64,000 nucleotides of DNA, from contig NC_043003.1 of the NCBI RefSeq assembly GCF_006345805.1, positions 67,766,001-67,830,000 of the forward strand, given 5' to 3'. Numbering within the stretch: the stretch's first letter is position 1; each line of letters begins with the position of its first letter. The stretch comes from Octopus sinensis (Eukaryota). Positions 1 to 14,414 of the stretch are shown here, in pieces. The notes below the pieces were generated by a model that was given only the letters and a program-made list of their open reading frames with translations, was not told the DNA's origin and did no database searches. A program made the translations under genes and the position numbers.

Positions 1-374
1 CTAACATGCATTTGTTCACTTATTTTTTGACACAATGTTTCCCTTTTATAATAGGTATACACTATTTTGCATTATATAAAAAATTAAATGTTTGATTTTG
101 CATCGTTCAGACAATTAAGGCTATACATTGCATCAATGAACTTCACTTAAATCTAAATTAATAGTAAATTTACTTATATTGCTGTGTATGATACCTACTG
201 AAAAGATTACTAGCATGTGCAAGGATGATGATATACTCAGCCACTTAGATTTGATTATAGATTTCATATCGATCAGTATTACATACAAGCTTTTCAGGCA
301 TTATTTCATTGCAATTCTCAATTTCACCTTACTTTCCTATAAATAGATTATGTGCGAGCATAGGAATTCTATAT

Positions 375-668
375 CACCGTGATCACCGTGACCGACCAGG
401 CTATCGGATGTTGCTACACATCGCTGGTCCCAACGCGCTTCGAATTGTTTTAGCCTTCAAATGACGCCACCCCGCTGGCTAAGCGAGCAGGCCAACATAA
501 GAAAGAGTGAGATAAAGTTGTGGCGAAAGAGTACAGCAGGGATCACCACCAACCCCTGCTGGTGCTTCGTGGAGCTTTAGGTGTTTTCGCACAATAAACA
601 CTCACAACGCCCGGTCTGGGAATCGAAACCGCGAGTCCGCTTCCCTAACCAATGGGCCATTGCGCCTC
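375..668 (-). mobile_element. tRNA-derived SINE with 14-bp target-site duplication
   Basis: TAGGAATTCTATAT at 361-374 and 669-682. The minus strand starts GAGGCGCAATGGCCCATTGGTTAGGG (A box), has B-box-like GTTTCGATTCC and ends in a GGTGATCAC-type repeated tail. Confidence 0.85.
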
Positions 669-1017
669 TAGGAATTCTATATATCCAAATAAAATAAAAA
701 ATAAGCAAATAATATTTACCATGCATTTGCTAATGAGAGACACACAAAATATAAGGCGTCGTTTCGTTATATGCTTATGAAGTTTGACTGCAAATCTTGA
801 TGAGGCCAGAATGTTAAAGCTCGATAGTTTAAAATACCCACCAAGTATTAAAGTCGAATAAATCTATTATAGCCGCCGCTAAAATATGTCCTCAGTACCA
901 ATGCAATCAACGAGTATTTTAATAGATACCTGTGTGCGTGTCTGCATATGTATGTATTTATGTATTTGCATGTTTACGTATGTGTGTAAGTGTGTGTTTA
1001 GAGAGATAAGTTGTTAT

Positions 1018-1170
1018 AGAGATAGATAGATAGATAGGTAGATAGAGAGAGAGATAGATAGATAGGTAGATAGAGAGAGAGATAGATAGATATATAGATA
1101 GACAGACTGACAGATGATATATATATATATATAAATAGACAGACAGACTGATAGATTAGATACATAGATA
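1018..1170. repeat. (GATA)n/(GACA)n compound microsatellite
   Basis: Visible directly in the sequence. Confidence 0.9.
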
Positions 1171-2819
1171 TATATTAGGTGATAGATTTAATTCATCGCA
1201 AAGTTAAACTTCACCAGTATTGAATGCCTTTAGTAGGTGTAGGTTGTAGGCTATATTCCTCACTCTACCTTCCCTGTAAAGAATCATGTGCACTGTGTTC
1301 CCTCCCACCAACCATCAAATAAAATTAGTCGTTTTCTTTTTATATTTCTGTGTAGTATAAAGAAATCATTCACTATTACATATTTTAAAACACACCGTTG
1401 TTAGTGTCGACACAACAAATAAAAACTAATTCATATGTTTTTCATAATATTTTCGATAGAGATTTACATTTTGCTGGAAAATACGGTTTCAGGCACAACC
1501 TAAGAAAGGGATTATTATGTTAGTTATGATAGTGTTCAACATCGCAGATGTATTCCTCGTTTAGTTTTTATGTAAATGCACACTTCAATACATGTCCGTT
1601 TCATTTACAATAAATTTCATGCAGACCCGGTATGAATTACCATACACGTCTTATCGATGCGATGTTATATTGATATATGATGCATTTCCCCATATGCGCT
1701 GTTTGAAAGCAAAGAAACGCCATAGCTGCAAAACTTATGAACAAATGTGATAGACAGGAACACCACAGGCTAAGCAGCATCTTATACTGATTCTCACTCA
1801 TTTATGAATAATTTATCGTATATTGCAGACAGTTCTGGAAAGACATACTGCCCTGCGTTATCATACTGGAATATCAACAGTTAGGGCAACAATTCATAAT
1901 CTGGCATTAGGGCTACGGTATATTAATGAGTAAATGTTTTAGACTCGTTATCTTTACGAAAGCTTGAACGAGTTGTTCATCTACAGAAACGATATAATAC
2001 GAGCTATTATTCTAGGTCTCGTATGAATTAACAAAAACTGAATTCGACACGCGCATGAAACCAAGGATTTTGTTGCATAGAAGATAAATTGTAATATATG
2101 ACAGTACACTCTAACAACTTACTGCTTAATGTATGGAACATTTAGGCCCGTGTTCTCCGTTTTAATGCTTAGAACAGGCTACTAACCATCATTTCATACA
2201 CCAGAGTACTATAAAACCTTTCTTTCATTTGTGATTTCTAAGCAATTTTCATATCAATAAAATCTAATTCATACATTGAAATTTAGCGTTAAATATAAGG
2301 GCATACAAATATGTCATTATCAAATATATTTATTAATATTAAACTTTATAGATATATCGGAAATGTGTGTTATAGTCATAGAAATACATCTATTCATGTT
2401 ATATATTTCAAATCAAAACGGAAATCCGTTTGTTAAGACGACCACATTATAAAGGTGACATAAAAAACTTAGCAAGACTGCCGAGGGTTTACCAGAAGAT
2501 AGAAAAGAGACAAAATCTGTGCAGACAGATAACATTCATATTATCATAATAAAAGAAAACTTTTTCGATAATATTCACGTCCGCTTTTATATAAAGGAGG
2601 AATAGATACGGAAGTTAGTTATGATAGAATAATCTTTCTCTTTAATCTTCCAGACGTAAATAATTTCAAAGGAAAATATTATTTGTCTTTTCCAGCGATG
2701 ACGATTTTTTTCGGTGGACATATTTGCATTCTAACCCTTAGTCCTCTCTCTATCTCTCACTCTTTCTCTCTCTCTCTCCCTCTCGCGCTTTCTCTCTCGC
2801 TTTCTCTCCGTACACATAT

Positions 2820-2933
2820 TCATACATACAAACGTATCTGTACATATACACATTTACATGTGTATGTGTGTGTCTTCTGATGTAAATGCATATTTATATA
2901 TAGGTGTATATACATATATATGTATATATACAT

Positions 2934-2990
<57 letters not shown>

Positions 2991-3215
2991 TGTGTGTGTG
3001 CGTGTATACATATATCTATATACACATATATACGCAGGCAGACATGTGTGTGTTTATATATATATGTATATATATATATTTTCAAAAATTTTTATCTATA
3101 AATTCATATGCATATATTTACATAATATAATGTGTATCTTACGCAATATTTATAAACACACACATGTATATACATGCATACATATGTGTGTGTATGAGTG
3201 TGTGTGTGTGGTTGT
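2820..3215. repeat. (TA)n/(CA)n compound microsatellite
   Basis: Visible directly; it produces the IYIY/CVCV ORFs in the track. Confidence 0.95.
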
Positions 3216-4034
3216 CTTATATATGACAGATTGAGTTAACTGTGACTTAAGCAGTTTGCAGCAGTTTAAAACTTTTCAGCGATGCCAAACACTGTTGATA
3301 ATAGTATCAGGTAATTTCAACGCAATCATATCTCACCTAGTAGCAATGTTTCTTTTTTCCTTTTTTTTTTTTTTTTGCTTTCATGCAACGCAGTCGTAGT
3401 CCTTTTAAAATGAAACCAGCAATTTTGTTTTACTTCACATAGAAGATTTCGATTTCTAGAATGCTACGAATTTGGTTCATCCTCTTATAAGCCCTATCAT
3501 ATAAATATCGAAAACCTTTTCATTACACTCCATTTTATACGAATTGTTGTTATTTGGTCGCTCCTATATCGCGGATACCATGTAAAAATGGAGCACTTTT
3601 GCTACAAATCCATCCTATTTCATATCTTCTGAAAACTCTGTACCAGATCCTCTTCATTCTTTAGACTGTCCCTTAGTTTATCCAACTCTCATAATGTACC
3701 TATTCACTATAGTCTTCCAAAGATACCACCATCTCTCTTCACTGGTGATATTTGTTCCTGCTGCAAACGGCCATACAGACATGCAAAGTGCTGTTTGTTA
3801 TTACCGAATGTTTCAGCAACACGAGTGTTTTTTAAAAATTAATTTATCAATATATATAGTTTTCAAAACTGGTATTAAAATGTATGTGTATCTATTGAGC
3901 TGAGAGTTGTTGAAATATATTCTGGTAATAATTTTTAAGGACTGACAGTAATAAATGGAAAGGTCACACGGCTATATTCATATCTACCTAGTTGAAAATA
4001 TTTGCATCTGATAGAGATGCTGTATATTTCGATC

Positions 4035-4220
4035 AAGCAAGTGAACAGGGAGAATTGTTAGCATGCCGGGGAAAATGCTTAGCGGCATTACGTCCCGAGT
4101 TCAAATTCCATCGAGATCCACTTTGCTTTTCATTTATTTTCTCTATTGGTGAAAGCAGTGCCAGGTGGATATTGCTGTCCGTATAACCGACTCCCCCCTC
4201 CTCTGAACTGCTGAAATTTA
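4035..4220 (+). mobile_element. degenerate short SINE (family B)
   Basis: GTTAGCATGCCGGGGAAAATGCTTAGCGG...GAGTTCAAATTCC resembles the head of the better-preserved copy at 30733. Confidence 0.5.
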
Positions 4221-4514
4221 CTAAAATTTGAAATCGATATTTCATTATAATATTTTAATCACAAAATTTGCCAAAAAAAAAAGAAAAACAGTTATCCAAG
4301 TGGCAGCTGAAATGTGATGTATATCTAGCTTATTTTTAAATATATATCTCAGATAAATATCTCAGACAGCCATAGACAATATCGGGGTTCCATTCGTGTA
4401 GCGGCATATTTGAGAATGCTGGTGACACAGACTTATTACGTTACTATAAAACGCAATTTATACAAAGGAAAAAAATTAACAGAAAGGAAAACAGAAAGAA
4501 TATTTTACAAACTT

Positions 4515-4712
4515 TTCAAATTTGGGAACAATTTTGAATGAAAGGGTAACTCAGCTACATCAACTCCAGTACTTTACTGGAACTTATTTTACTGACCACA
4601 CAAAGACGAACGGTAACGTCGGATTTCACGAGATTTGAACTCGAAACGTAAAGAAAAAATACAGCAAAGCATGTTTTTCGGTACTCAAATCGCTTCTGCT
4701 AGATCACCTCTC
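4515..4712 (-). mobile_element. degenerate short SINE (family B)
   Basis: ATTTGAACTCGAAACGTAAAG and CAGTACT..ACTGGAACTTATTT match the family B copy at 26563. Confidence 0.6.
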
Positions 4713-4902
4713 TCTTAGAACTTGTTGAAATATGATCGTTAGAGATATTGGCGTTTTATTATGGGATACATGCATTATTAAAGGTTCCATGTTTCATGAA
4801 TAATCTTATTTTAATTTCTATTTTTTTTAAATGTCATTATCATTAAATGAATTCTCGCTTTGCTATTCATCTACAGTAACTACAAACAGATATATGTACG
4901 TA

Positions 4903-5310
4903 TACTCTTTACTCTTTACTTGTTTCAGTCATTTGGCTGTAGCCATGCTGGAGCACCGCCTTTAGTCGAGCAAATCGACCCCAGGACTTATTCCTTGAAA
5001 GCCTAGTGCTTATTCTATCGGTCACTTTTGCAGAACCGCTAAGTCACAGGGACGTAAATACACGAGCATCGGTTGTCAAGCGATGCAGGGGGACAAACAC
5101 AGACACACAAACACGCACACACACACACTAACGCACACACACATACACACACATATATATATATATACATATATAGGACGGGCTTCTTTCAGTTTCAATC
5201 TACTAATTCTATTCACAAGGCTTTGGTCGGCCCGAGGCTATAGTAGAAGATACTTGCTCAAGGTGCCACGCAGTGGGACTGAACCCGGAACCACACGGAA
5301 CCACCTACTT
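4903..5310 (-). mobile_element. long SINE (family A) with internal (CA)/(TA) tract
   Basis: TACTCTTT tail, CAGTCATTTGGCTGTAGCCATGCTGGAGCACCGCC and GGGACTGAACCCGGAACC. Homologous to the copies at 54481 and 12410. Confidence 0.9.
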
Positions 5311-6219
5311 ATAGGGTGAACTTACAAATGTAAGTACTGGCAGAAACATACCTTTAGCTTGTATAAGTGATTTTACCAGTCTTTACAGTTTGAACAGTTA
5401 GTTTAACTTGCACTTTACTTCAATAGTGAAATCTACTTCCAAGCCTTTGAACATTTTTTCAACCAATATATCCCTCTTTATTTGTTCTCTACTTATTATT
5501 TCCTTACCCCTTTTCTGTCTAGTATCTGCCTTTGACGTCGAATCTACTAACGGTTTATTTTTTTAATACTCAATAACTTTCTGTTTATCATTTATGCAGC
5601 CATTAAAATTGTTATAATATCTTGTTGAGATAGGCTCTCTTTCTTTCGTGATGAGAAGATTGCATTTACACCGTTTATTCCTTTGGAATAAAACCAATGC
5701 TGTCTTCGAAACATATGTCGAAAGTAAAAGAATTTGAATAGCATCTGCGTTCAACTCCATTTATTTACTTATATATATTTATATATATATATAATAAAAA
5801 GTAACAAAATGATGAGACGTCGATACTAGATAAATAGAGACTTCTTTATATATGTTATAACTTAGAATATACAGTAAAAGGTTGACATTATAGTACTCGA
5901 GTTTCGAGTGTCGGAGCCAAGGATTAAGCTGCATACTCGTCGGTTATTAATGAAAATAGAATCTATGTAAAACCGTTGAATAAAAGGTAAGTTACTCTAA
6001 TAGGTAGAAAAAGATGTATGTCTGAGTATGCGCATACACATGTATGTTTGTGCGTGTGTATGTGCATGTACGTATACCTGTTTATGTAAGTGTGTATGCA
6101 TGAAGGCGTTGTGAACGCACGGGGTTTATATTTATATATTGTGAGAATTTTTGTTTTTCTTTTATTCATTCTACCTAATAGAGCAACTTCCTTTTATTCA
6201 ACCCTTTTTCATAGCGTCT

Positions 6220-6297
6220 GTTGCCATTAACAGCCGACGAGTATGCAGCATTGCTATTCGCTCCGACATTCGAAACTCCGAATACTATAATGGCAGC
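6220..6297 (+). ncRNA. degenerate hammerhead-like motif related to 24528-24601
   Basis: Shares CGCTCCGACAT(T/C)CGAAAC and TAT(A/C)ATGGC with the 24.5-kb copy. GTTGCCATTA (6220-6229) pairs with TAATGGCAGC (6288-6297). Core reads CCGACGAG instead of CTGANGAG. Confidence 0.35.
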
Positions 6298-6324
6298 CTC
6301 CTACATTTTGTTCTAAATTATAAC

Positions 6325-6406
<82 letters not shown>

Positions 6407-6504
6407 CTGTGTGTATCTGTGTCTGTGTTTTTACATGCATCTATATATATATATATATACAGACACACGCACACACACACACATATATATATACACACAC
6501 AGAC

Positions 6505-6544
<40 letters not shown>

Positions 6545-7732
6545 AAAAGTAACAACAAAATATATATATAAACACATGGACGTATGAATGTATATCAAAT
6601 CTTGAAACTGAAATCTATCGCGCTACTTTTGATATTTCATGGTTTTAACGCCTAATGAAATTCCAAGGAATGAAGATATACATAAATCTGACAATAAACA
6701 TATGTTAGTCTCAAATTACTTTTCATTTTATCACCTCCTCTGAACATCGTAACTTTGTTCGCACTTCAGCTTATACGTGGTATGATCGAATGGGTTTTCC
6801 GTTCCATTTTATATTTGATAAGTAAGATTGATAAATCGTATACATACATAGATGCATGTATACATATACACACATGCACGCACGCACACACACATACACA
6901 TAGATACACACACACACACACATATATATAAATATATATATATATATAACATGGGCATGAAAAAGTTCAATTGAAAAGAGAAAACTTAACAAAATTTTAG
7001 TGGAATTTCTTACTGGAAGTGTTTTAGTTCTGTGTCAAATCAAAGTATCGCCATTTAATATTTTAGTTTTGTAACGATACACACTAACTACTATGTCAAT
7101 GCTAATAAATAAGTGCATTTATATTCATGTATAAGAAAAAGAAGCTGTAAAAGTCCTGCCATGTTTAGTTATGCCACTGGGCACGCACGCACACATACAC
7201 AGTCACGCACTCCTGTATTTGTCTATGTGATGTGTTCCTTTTTATTTGCATTCCATTTATTTGTGATTTCATGTATATATACGATTAAGTTCTTCCAGCA
7301 CTGTTATATTATACGTGTGACTTATCTGCAATGATTGATGTACGTGAATTTCACAAAATGTTTTTACTCTGAAACTTTTAAAAGAAATCTTAACTATTTC
7401 AATGCCTTTCATTCTAAATAAAAACGAATTCATTACTTAGAATAAGTTCTGAATACATGAAAAACTCCATATTCCAGGAGATATCCTCAGTTAAATGAAA
7501 CAGATTCGAAATTGTATTTTGTATATGTTTCAGTCAAAACAAACCGTATTAATGATGAATTTATCAACAGTATGTTTTGTATTTTTTCTGATACTAAAAT
7601 CGTTATATGCTATTTTGCGTGTTTGCCTGTTACGGCGAAGCGGATTCCAGCGGATCCAATCAACTGATCGGAAAATTAACGTCTAAGTGTCTGAGCGCTC
7701 CGAAGACACGGTCACCCTTAATGTAGACCTCA

Positions 7733-7783
<51 letters not shown>

Positions 7784-7841
7784 GGATATGATGGGCAATT
7801 GTCGCTATTTCATACTTTTAATTTCGAGCATGCACATGCGC

Positions 7842-7875
<34 letters not shown>

Positions 7876-7902
7876 ACATTTATGTGTGTGTGTGTATATA
7901 TA

Positions 7903-7951
<49 letters not shown>

Positions 7952-8180
7952 GTGTGTTTGTGTGTGTGTTAGTTGCTATAACAGAAGATAGTCAACGAAT
8001 GTGTCACGCAGTGGCAACATGTGGCTGTGAACGAAGCCACTTACTACATAGCACCACCTGTTCCTATGCCCCTTTTAACACCAATCCTTGCGAAATACTG
8101 AGTTTAATATTCTTCTAAAACACAAAAAGCTTTGAGCAGCTACACATGAAGACATATTTTTGTTGAGCTTACCGTAGTTA

Positions 8181-8520
8181 GAGAGGCGCATGGTTCAGTT
8201 GATAGCAGCGAATTACACTCAGGGCTCTTGAGGATCTGAACGACGTATGAGTTCTTGAGCCTGGCCGGGCGATGTGTTGAGTTTTTTAGCTGGGCCGGGC
8301 GATGTGTTGAGTTCTTGAGCTGGGCCGGGCGCTGTGTTTAGTTTTTGAGCCGGGCCGGGCGATGTGTTGAGTTCTTGAGCTGGGCCGGGCGATGTGTTGA
8401 GTTCTTGAGCAACGCACATCATTTCACGTTGCATCACTCCACAATATGCATGCCACAGAATCCGGGAAACCGACATGATAATGTGATGGATTGGGTGGTA
8501 TCACGTTTTTCCTTTTACCA
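8181..8520 (+). mobile_element. SINE (family C) with internal minisatellite expansion
   Basis: Head GAGAGGCGCATGGTTCAGT. After the array, TTCTTGAGCAACGCACATCATTTCACGTTGC matches the family C body at 44588. Confidence 0.7.
8249..8410 (+). repeat. 30-bp minisatellite, about 5.4 copies
   Basis: Unit GAGTTCTTGAGCTGGGCCGGGCGATGTGTT starting at 8249, 8279, 8309, 8339 and 8369, with a partial unit at 8399. Confidence 0.95.
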
Positions 8521-11269
8521 GTGTATTATGCTTTTTCCTTCCGTGCTGTAATTTGGTATAAAATATGTCAATATATTTTAGTCTATTCTCTACTCATGGA
8601 TGGATGTAAGTATGTCTTCGTATAAAATTTATCAATGGACAGATAGAACCATCGACCGCTTTAGTTTGTATCTTGTGTTGAGACTATATTCTCTCTCCCG
8701 CTCTTTCCCTTTCTCCAATAAATTATGTCATTGACACAAAACACTTTTGTTGCACCAATAATATATTTATGTAATGCAGTCTACAACGCGTTACATGAGC
8801 AAACAAGTTTATCCCATTTACTTAAGACGTAGCAACAGAACTTTTATAATTGTGTTTCCCTGGACAATAAATAAGGATATTCTGTCGTTGGTGAATGTGA
8901 AAAACTGTATTGAGATTACTATTAACCAATACGTCTTTCATCTGTTCATGAAACCAACATATTTGAATCATTTTATAAAGTATATGTTGGATAAAATTTT
9001 AATCCTTCTCAAGTGAAGTAGTCACTTCTCTGGGTGGTCAGATATCAGTTTTTACCTGCACAGAATCAATGTATTTAAAAAAAGGAAGAGTTGAAATTAA
9101 AGCATACATGATTTCAAAACGGTAGCCTCATCCTTTTATAATTAGCCACTGAACTTTTCAACCCACTCTCATAGTTATGTGACGAAGAAATGGCTTCTGT
9201 TTAGCAGTGCTTTTTTCCAGATAGAGAAAGTACTTGTGTCACATTACAATTGTACATGGGATCATTAAAACAAGTCTGATGTATCCAGAATGATTATGTA
9301 TGATTTACATACCTAAGAAAACCCTGTGTTCAAGGGTCGAATGATTTCTATATTGAATCTAGTCATTCAGAATGTAATTGACGCTAAAATGCAAAACTTC
9401 CCAATTACTTTAAATAAACAGACTATAAAATGCACAGCCTTTGCCACATCAGTATAATGAAAACTAATAAACGAAGGGATATTAAGTACTATTTCAGTAG
9501 AATCGTACAAATGAAAGTTAGATTTTATTTTCACTGCATTCTATACACTAAGTTTTCCAAGAAGAAATGAATTTGACATTGAGGCGTGTATCTTCTGCCC
9601 TGTCTATTGATATCTCACTCTTTCAAGAAGAGTTGTAGGTATGTAACTGATATAAGTAGAAATAATATAAAGTCTGCGAATACCTATATTTCACTTCATT
9701 TATGACATGTTTATGAGCAGGTTTATTCCCTTTAGCAATACCAGGAGCTATATTCACTTGATGGATTTGTAAAAGTTTGAATTCACCAGTAGCTTATTGA
9801 TTAAACTTGATATACTCTGCGTTGTGCTTTAGACGCAGCTTTCACTTTTTCTTGGCAATAACCCGTCTATCCATACTGTAGTAAGTCGAATACATGATCT
9901 GAATATTGCTTTGAAGATTGGTTATTTCGATCTTCACAGTTTTACTTTGTAACGCTATACGATACGGTGTATAATCTACATTTCAGCGACTTGCTGCATA
10001 TCTCCAGGCTTTGATATACCACGTCATGTAGGTTTTAAAGACAGACAGACACACACACACATACACACACATACATATATATATATATACAAGATTAGCG
10101 TTCAAATTGTCAGCCTTGCCTTTCTATCCTAATTGATATCTAATGCCTAAAGTAAAGTAGTAAATTATATCGGTCTTCGAGATTCAGTATAAAATTATAT
10201 TTACAAATCGCTTTTGGTGGCAAAATGAAATATATATCTAATACTTAATCATCGAATCTTTAAAATTACACTAACATTTGCGGTACCTCTGCGCCTTCTA
10301 CAATTTGAGACCTAAAACGGAAAACTGATTGATTTTGAAATGAAACGCTTACATGTACACGCATGAGCGCACACACACAAAATAGGAAACTATGTAATAC
10401 ATGCTTAAAGACAACTTCAATGTACGAAACCAAAGAAGAAAGCCAAACTACTAAAAGATATAATTGCAAGTCGATGCAGTTTACAATGCTGGTAGCCTAA
10501 TAACATAGAATGAGGCTCCTTCATGTGGTATGGAGATGGGGATGCCAGTTACATATCACGTGGATTTATGGTTAAGCTTACAAATAACTTGATGCAGTTT
10601 AACTGGGTGCTTTGTCATTTCAGAGTTTTTAGCTAAGAGCTGCTTTCAGAGCTAGGAAATGTGGTTATACAATGGGGGAATAATATGTAAATACAAAGGA
10701 AGTTTTCAAACACGAAGTGGAAAGCGATTGACGTTCGCATGCGTGAGAAGCAAATTTTGGAGAAGTAAAATTTTCAAAACAATGTGAGAGAGGAGATGAG
10801 AGAAAGAGGAAGAAGAGAGGGATAAATAACAGAGACCGAAATAGAGAGATTGAAAATTAAGAGACTTGCATGAATTGATAGCAATATACCTTGTATATAT
10901 TCCATTCAAGGATATTTGGTTGATCCAAGAATCCGTGCTTTTATGAGATGTCACTATAGCCTGAAGATTTAATTTAGAGATAGGACAGGGACATAAATAA
11001 AGAATATCTAAACATAAACAGAATAGTGTCTATTATTCTTCCTTATGTTAAATATTTTCTTATATACTTATATATAATTGCAATATCTGAGTTTGGAACT
11101 ATTAGTAGAGAAACATTTTTCAAAATCTATTGGAAATATAAGCACGAATACGTAACAGAAGAATGAATAATATACGATTTCATTCTATTTTCAATACATA
11201 TGATTCTCTTTATGATTGAACTGCATTGATTGAAACCTTTCAATGAAAGAACCTCATCTGGATTCTCAC

Positions 11270-11308
11270 CGTTTCTTTGTAACTGTATCGCCGCAGAGCG
11301 ACATTTTC
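11270..11308 (-). other. candidate 39-bp spliced exon
   Basis: Minus strand GGATTCGTTACAG|GAAAATG...GAAACG|GTGAGA, open in all three frames. Splice motifs are the only evidence. Confidence 0.25.
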
Positions 11309-11510
11309 CTGTAACGAATCCGTTATAATTATACTTTAACGTAATATTATAATATTCCTTCGATCAAAGGCGAATAATACAACAGTCCTGGCTTGCATAG
11401 CATTCAAGAAATCAGTAAATGAGCCTTTGGATCAGCCTTTTATAACGATCATGATAAGCTAGAACCTCACATAAGACAGTTCCTGCTTTTAATATGTACA
11501 TCACGATTAA

Positions 11511-11722
11511 GGCGGTGAGCTGGCAGTACCATTTGCAAGCCTGGCAAAATTCTTGCCAGACGTATTTCATCCGTCTGTACGTTCTGAATTCAACTTCTGC
11601 TGGGGTCGACTTTGCATTTCCTCCTTTCAGGTTCGATAAAATAACAGATGTGCATTGGGATTGACGAATTCGACTTGCCCTATCATCCAAAATTCTTGGC
11701 CTGGTGCCAAAATATGAAATCG
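11511..11722 (+). mobile_element. short SINE (family B)
   Basis: GGCGGTGAGCTGGCAG head, GTTCTGAATTCAA and GGGGTCGACTTTGCATTTCCTCCTTTCAGG central domain. Confidence 0.8.
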
Positions 11723-12409
11723 ATGTTCGCAGCACGATTGAGGCTGAATTGGCAAGATCGTTAGCACGCCATGCAAAATGCTTCGTGGCAGTTCGATCCG
11801 CGGCTATAGTAGAAGACATTTTCCCAAGGTGCAAACGAGAAACCATGTGAACAGGAAACAAATCCCTTATCAGAGACCCATACCCGCCCCTACCGCATAT
11901 ATTTTCTTAATAAACATAGGACTACAGTAGCCAAGATGTCTTTCTCTCTTTCAGAAATAGGAGTATAATGGCTACTATTTCAACACTGTCGAATGGCACT
12001 ACGCTAACATCCTCATTGGCATAAAGAAGTAATGATACGTTTTATAGCATTCCTGCTCACAGAGTGCCACACGCGAATATAAATATAAACCCATGTATAC
12101 ACACACATTAGTATTTGCCCGCATGTTTTCCCTGTTTTATTGTTTACAAATTATTTCATTTGCTCGCGAATTCATGCTTAATTATTTTGCTGCTATTCCA
12201 TTCTCTTTTACTAACAAATAAATATGAACATTCTTTGAAATATATATCTGCAGTCTCACAGAGATATACAGACAAATTTTACCCGGCACGTTTGCACGCA
12301 CGCATACACACACCTCCTCATACATACACGTGAATATGTATGGACGAATGTATCTGTGTGCGCAGAGTATTTAGTTAAACCATTGTTTCATTCTTAAATA
12401 CAAGTGAAA

Positions 12410-12838
12410 AGGCGTGGCTGTGTGGTAAGAAGCTACATTCGGAAAGACTTGGTCCCGGGTTCAGTGCCACTGCGACGCAGCTTGGGCAACTGTTTTCCAG
12501 TATATCCTTCTGCCGAGCAAAGCCTTGCGAATGGATTTACAGAGACCGAATAGACCGCAAACAAAAGAAGCTCGTCGTATATATATTCGTGTGTGTGTGT
12601 GCGTATTTGTGTATGTGTGTTTGTGTATGTGTGCTTCACTCTGTGTTTGTCTCTTCACCGCCGATTGACAACGGGTGCTTGTATCCCAAACACTTAGCAG
12701 TTCGTCAAAAGAGTTCAAGTAAAATGAGTACCAGGTTTGTTATTTTAAATTACTGGGGTCGATTTGTTCGACTAAAATTTCAAGTCGGTGCCACAACATG
12801 GCTGCAGTCTAATGACTGAAACAAATAAAAGCATAAAA
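12410..12838 (+). mobile_element. long SINE (family A)
   Basis: GGCGTGGCTGTGTGGTAAGAAGC head, CCCGGGTTCAGTGCCACTGCG and ATGACTGAAACAAATAAAAG tail. Confidence 0.85.
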
Positions 12839-14414
12839 AATATTTACGAGAGATCGACTACTTGTAAAAACGTAATAAATTAAACTCTTAAAGAGGAGAG
12901 GATTTTTAAAACATGATTCACTATTAAAATCTTTTGTTAATGTTCATTTTCTTGTTGTTCTATATTTCCGACCGAAATGTCATCGAATAAACCTATAATC
13001 AAACCGTTTGTATCCCCACTTTACTTAAGTTACAAAGTTCACATCTGAGAGTGTTCATATTATTTGAGAGAGCGGTGTGGTTTGAGGAAAATCTTAATAA
13101 TAATTCAAAATGCTCGAGAGACAATATAAGAAGTTTTTCGTTGGCAACATTATTTATTTGGAAAGCTAACACAATTAAATTTTTGAAACATATAAAAAAT
13201 TTTAAAAATGAACTTAAAACTAAGCCTGCAGTTACTTTTATATTACTATAATTTACCACCAATGAAATCGTTCATATTTCAAATATATATATATAAATAT
13301 TTGCTGTTTAACATAATTTTGCTTTTTCATTTTATAAATTAAATTAAAACCTATAGCATTTCAAAAATATATTCACGCGGTCACAGAGGAGTATACTAAT
13401 TGATACCTTTATTGCACATAATTATGATATTTGTTTCTCTAAACACATAATTACATGCTACTTAAATGTTAATTTAGACAATCTTAAATTAATAACAACA
13501 CAGCAACAGGTTTTATATGTATTCCTATTACTATAAATTCCTATTGTTACCTTTTCTTTTTTTACGTATTTCTTATGAGCAACATTTTCATTACTAGTTC
13601 TAACTGGATTTCACATTATCAAATTTTAGTTAGATCTCACATTGGTTCGCATATCATAAATGATAACCATAACAGAGATTATCTTCATCATTACTGCTGT
13701 CTCAATACAATCAAATATCTTCTTAGAATCGATTACCAATATATCTTATATATTCATTGAATGACATATATTCTCGGTGTAATACCCTTTAACTTCGCCT
13801 TTAGATAACAATAAATATTGGGTATACAGTCAGCATGTCAATTCACGAAACGAACGTAGCTCAGGTTTATTTGTCAAATCCGAGGGCTTCTTTGAAGTAT
13901 CCAGTAAATGATTGGGTTCTAGGCTTTGGAAATGCCATGGGAATATTTCTTACGTGATCTCCCTTTTGATAAACACATTTCAGTTGTTTGGCTATAATTC
14001 AAATATTGATTGGATTGCATTTGATGTTAGATAAATCTTTGATACACAAAGATTTTATACATGCTGTTTGAAAACACACAAGGCGATGGTAATATATCTG
14101 AAGCCAGATGAATTTTGAACATTTCGCTGGTTCCAAGGGACGTACAAACTTTTGTTACATATGGTACATTGCTAGTTAATGAACTATTTCTCTGTGTGCT
14201 GAAAATAAACGGTAAACACTATTAGGTAGCACATTTCGAAGAAACACAAATTATAAAATGAATTACATAATACTGGTAAATATATAAGTGTGTGTGTGTG
14301 CTAGTATGTGTTTGCAAGTACGTGTGCGTGTGTGTGAGAAAGTGTGTGTATGTGAAAGTGTGTGTGTATTTGTGTTAATATCTCTGTATGTGTTTGTGTG
14401 CGCGTGATTGCGTG

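Noticed and set aside
3586-3903. 105-codon open frame, with a possible ancient RTE remnant on the minus strand
   Set aside because: No recognisable motif on the plus strand, and the minus-strand resemblance to RTE is too weak to call.
5355-5760. Minus-strand ORF of 65 aa continuing in frame after one stop
   Set aside because: No recognisable domain, and the lysine/asparagine-rich composition fits AT-rich non-coding DNA.
8219-8476. ORF with PGPAQELNTS repeats, or a CRISPR-like array
   Set aside because: This is a contiguous 30-bp tandem repeat with no unique spacers, derived from a SINE segment. There are no cas-like genes and the context is eukaryotic.
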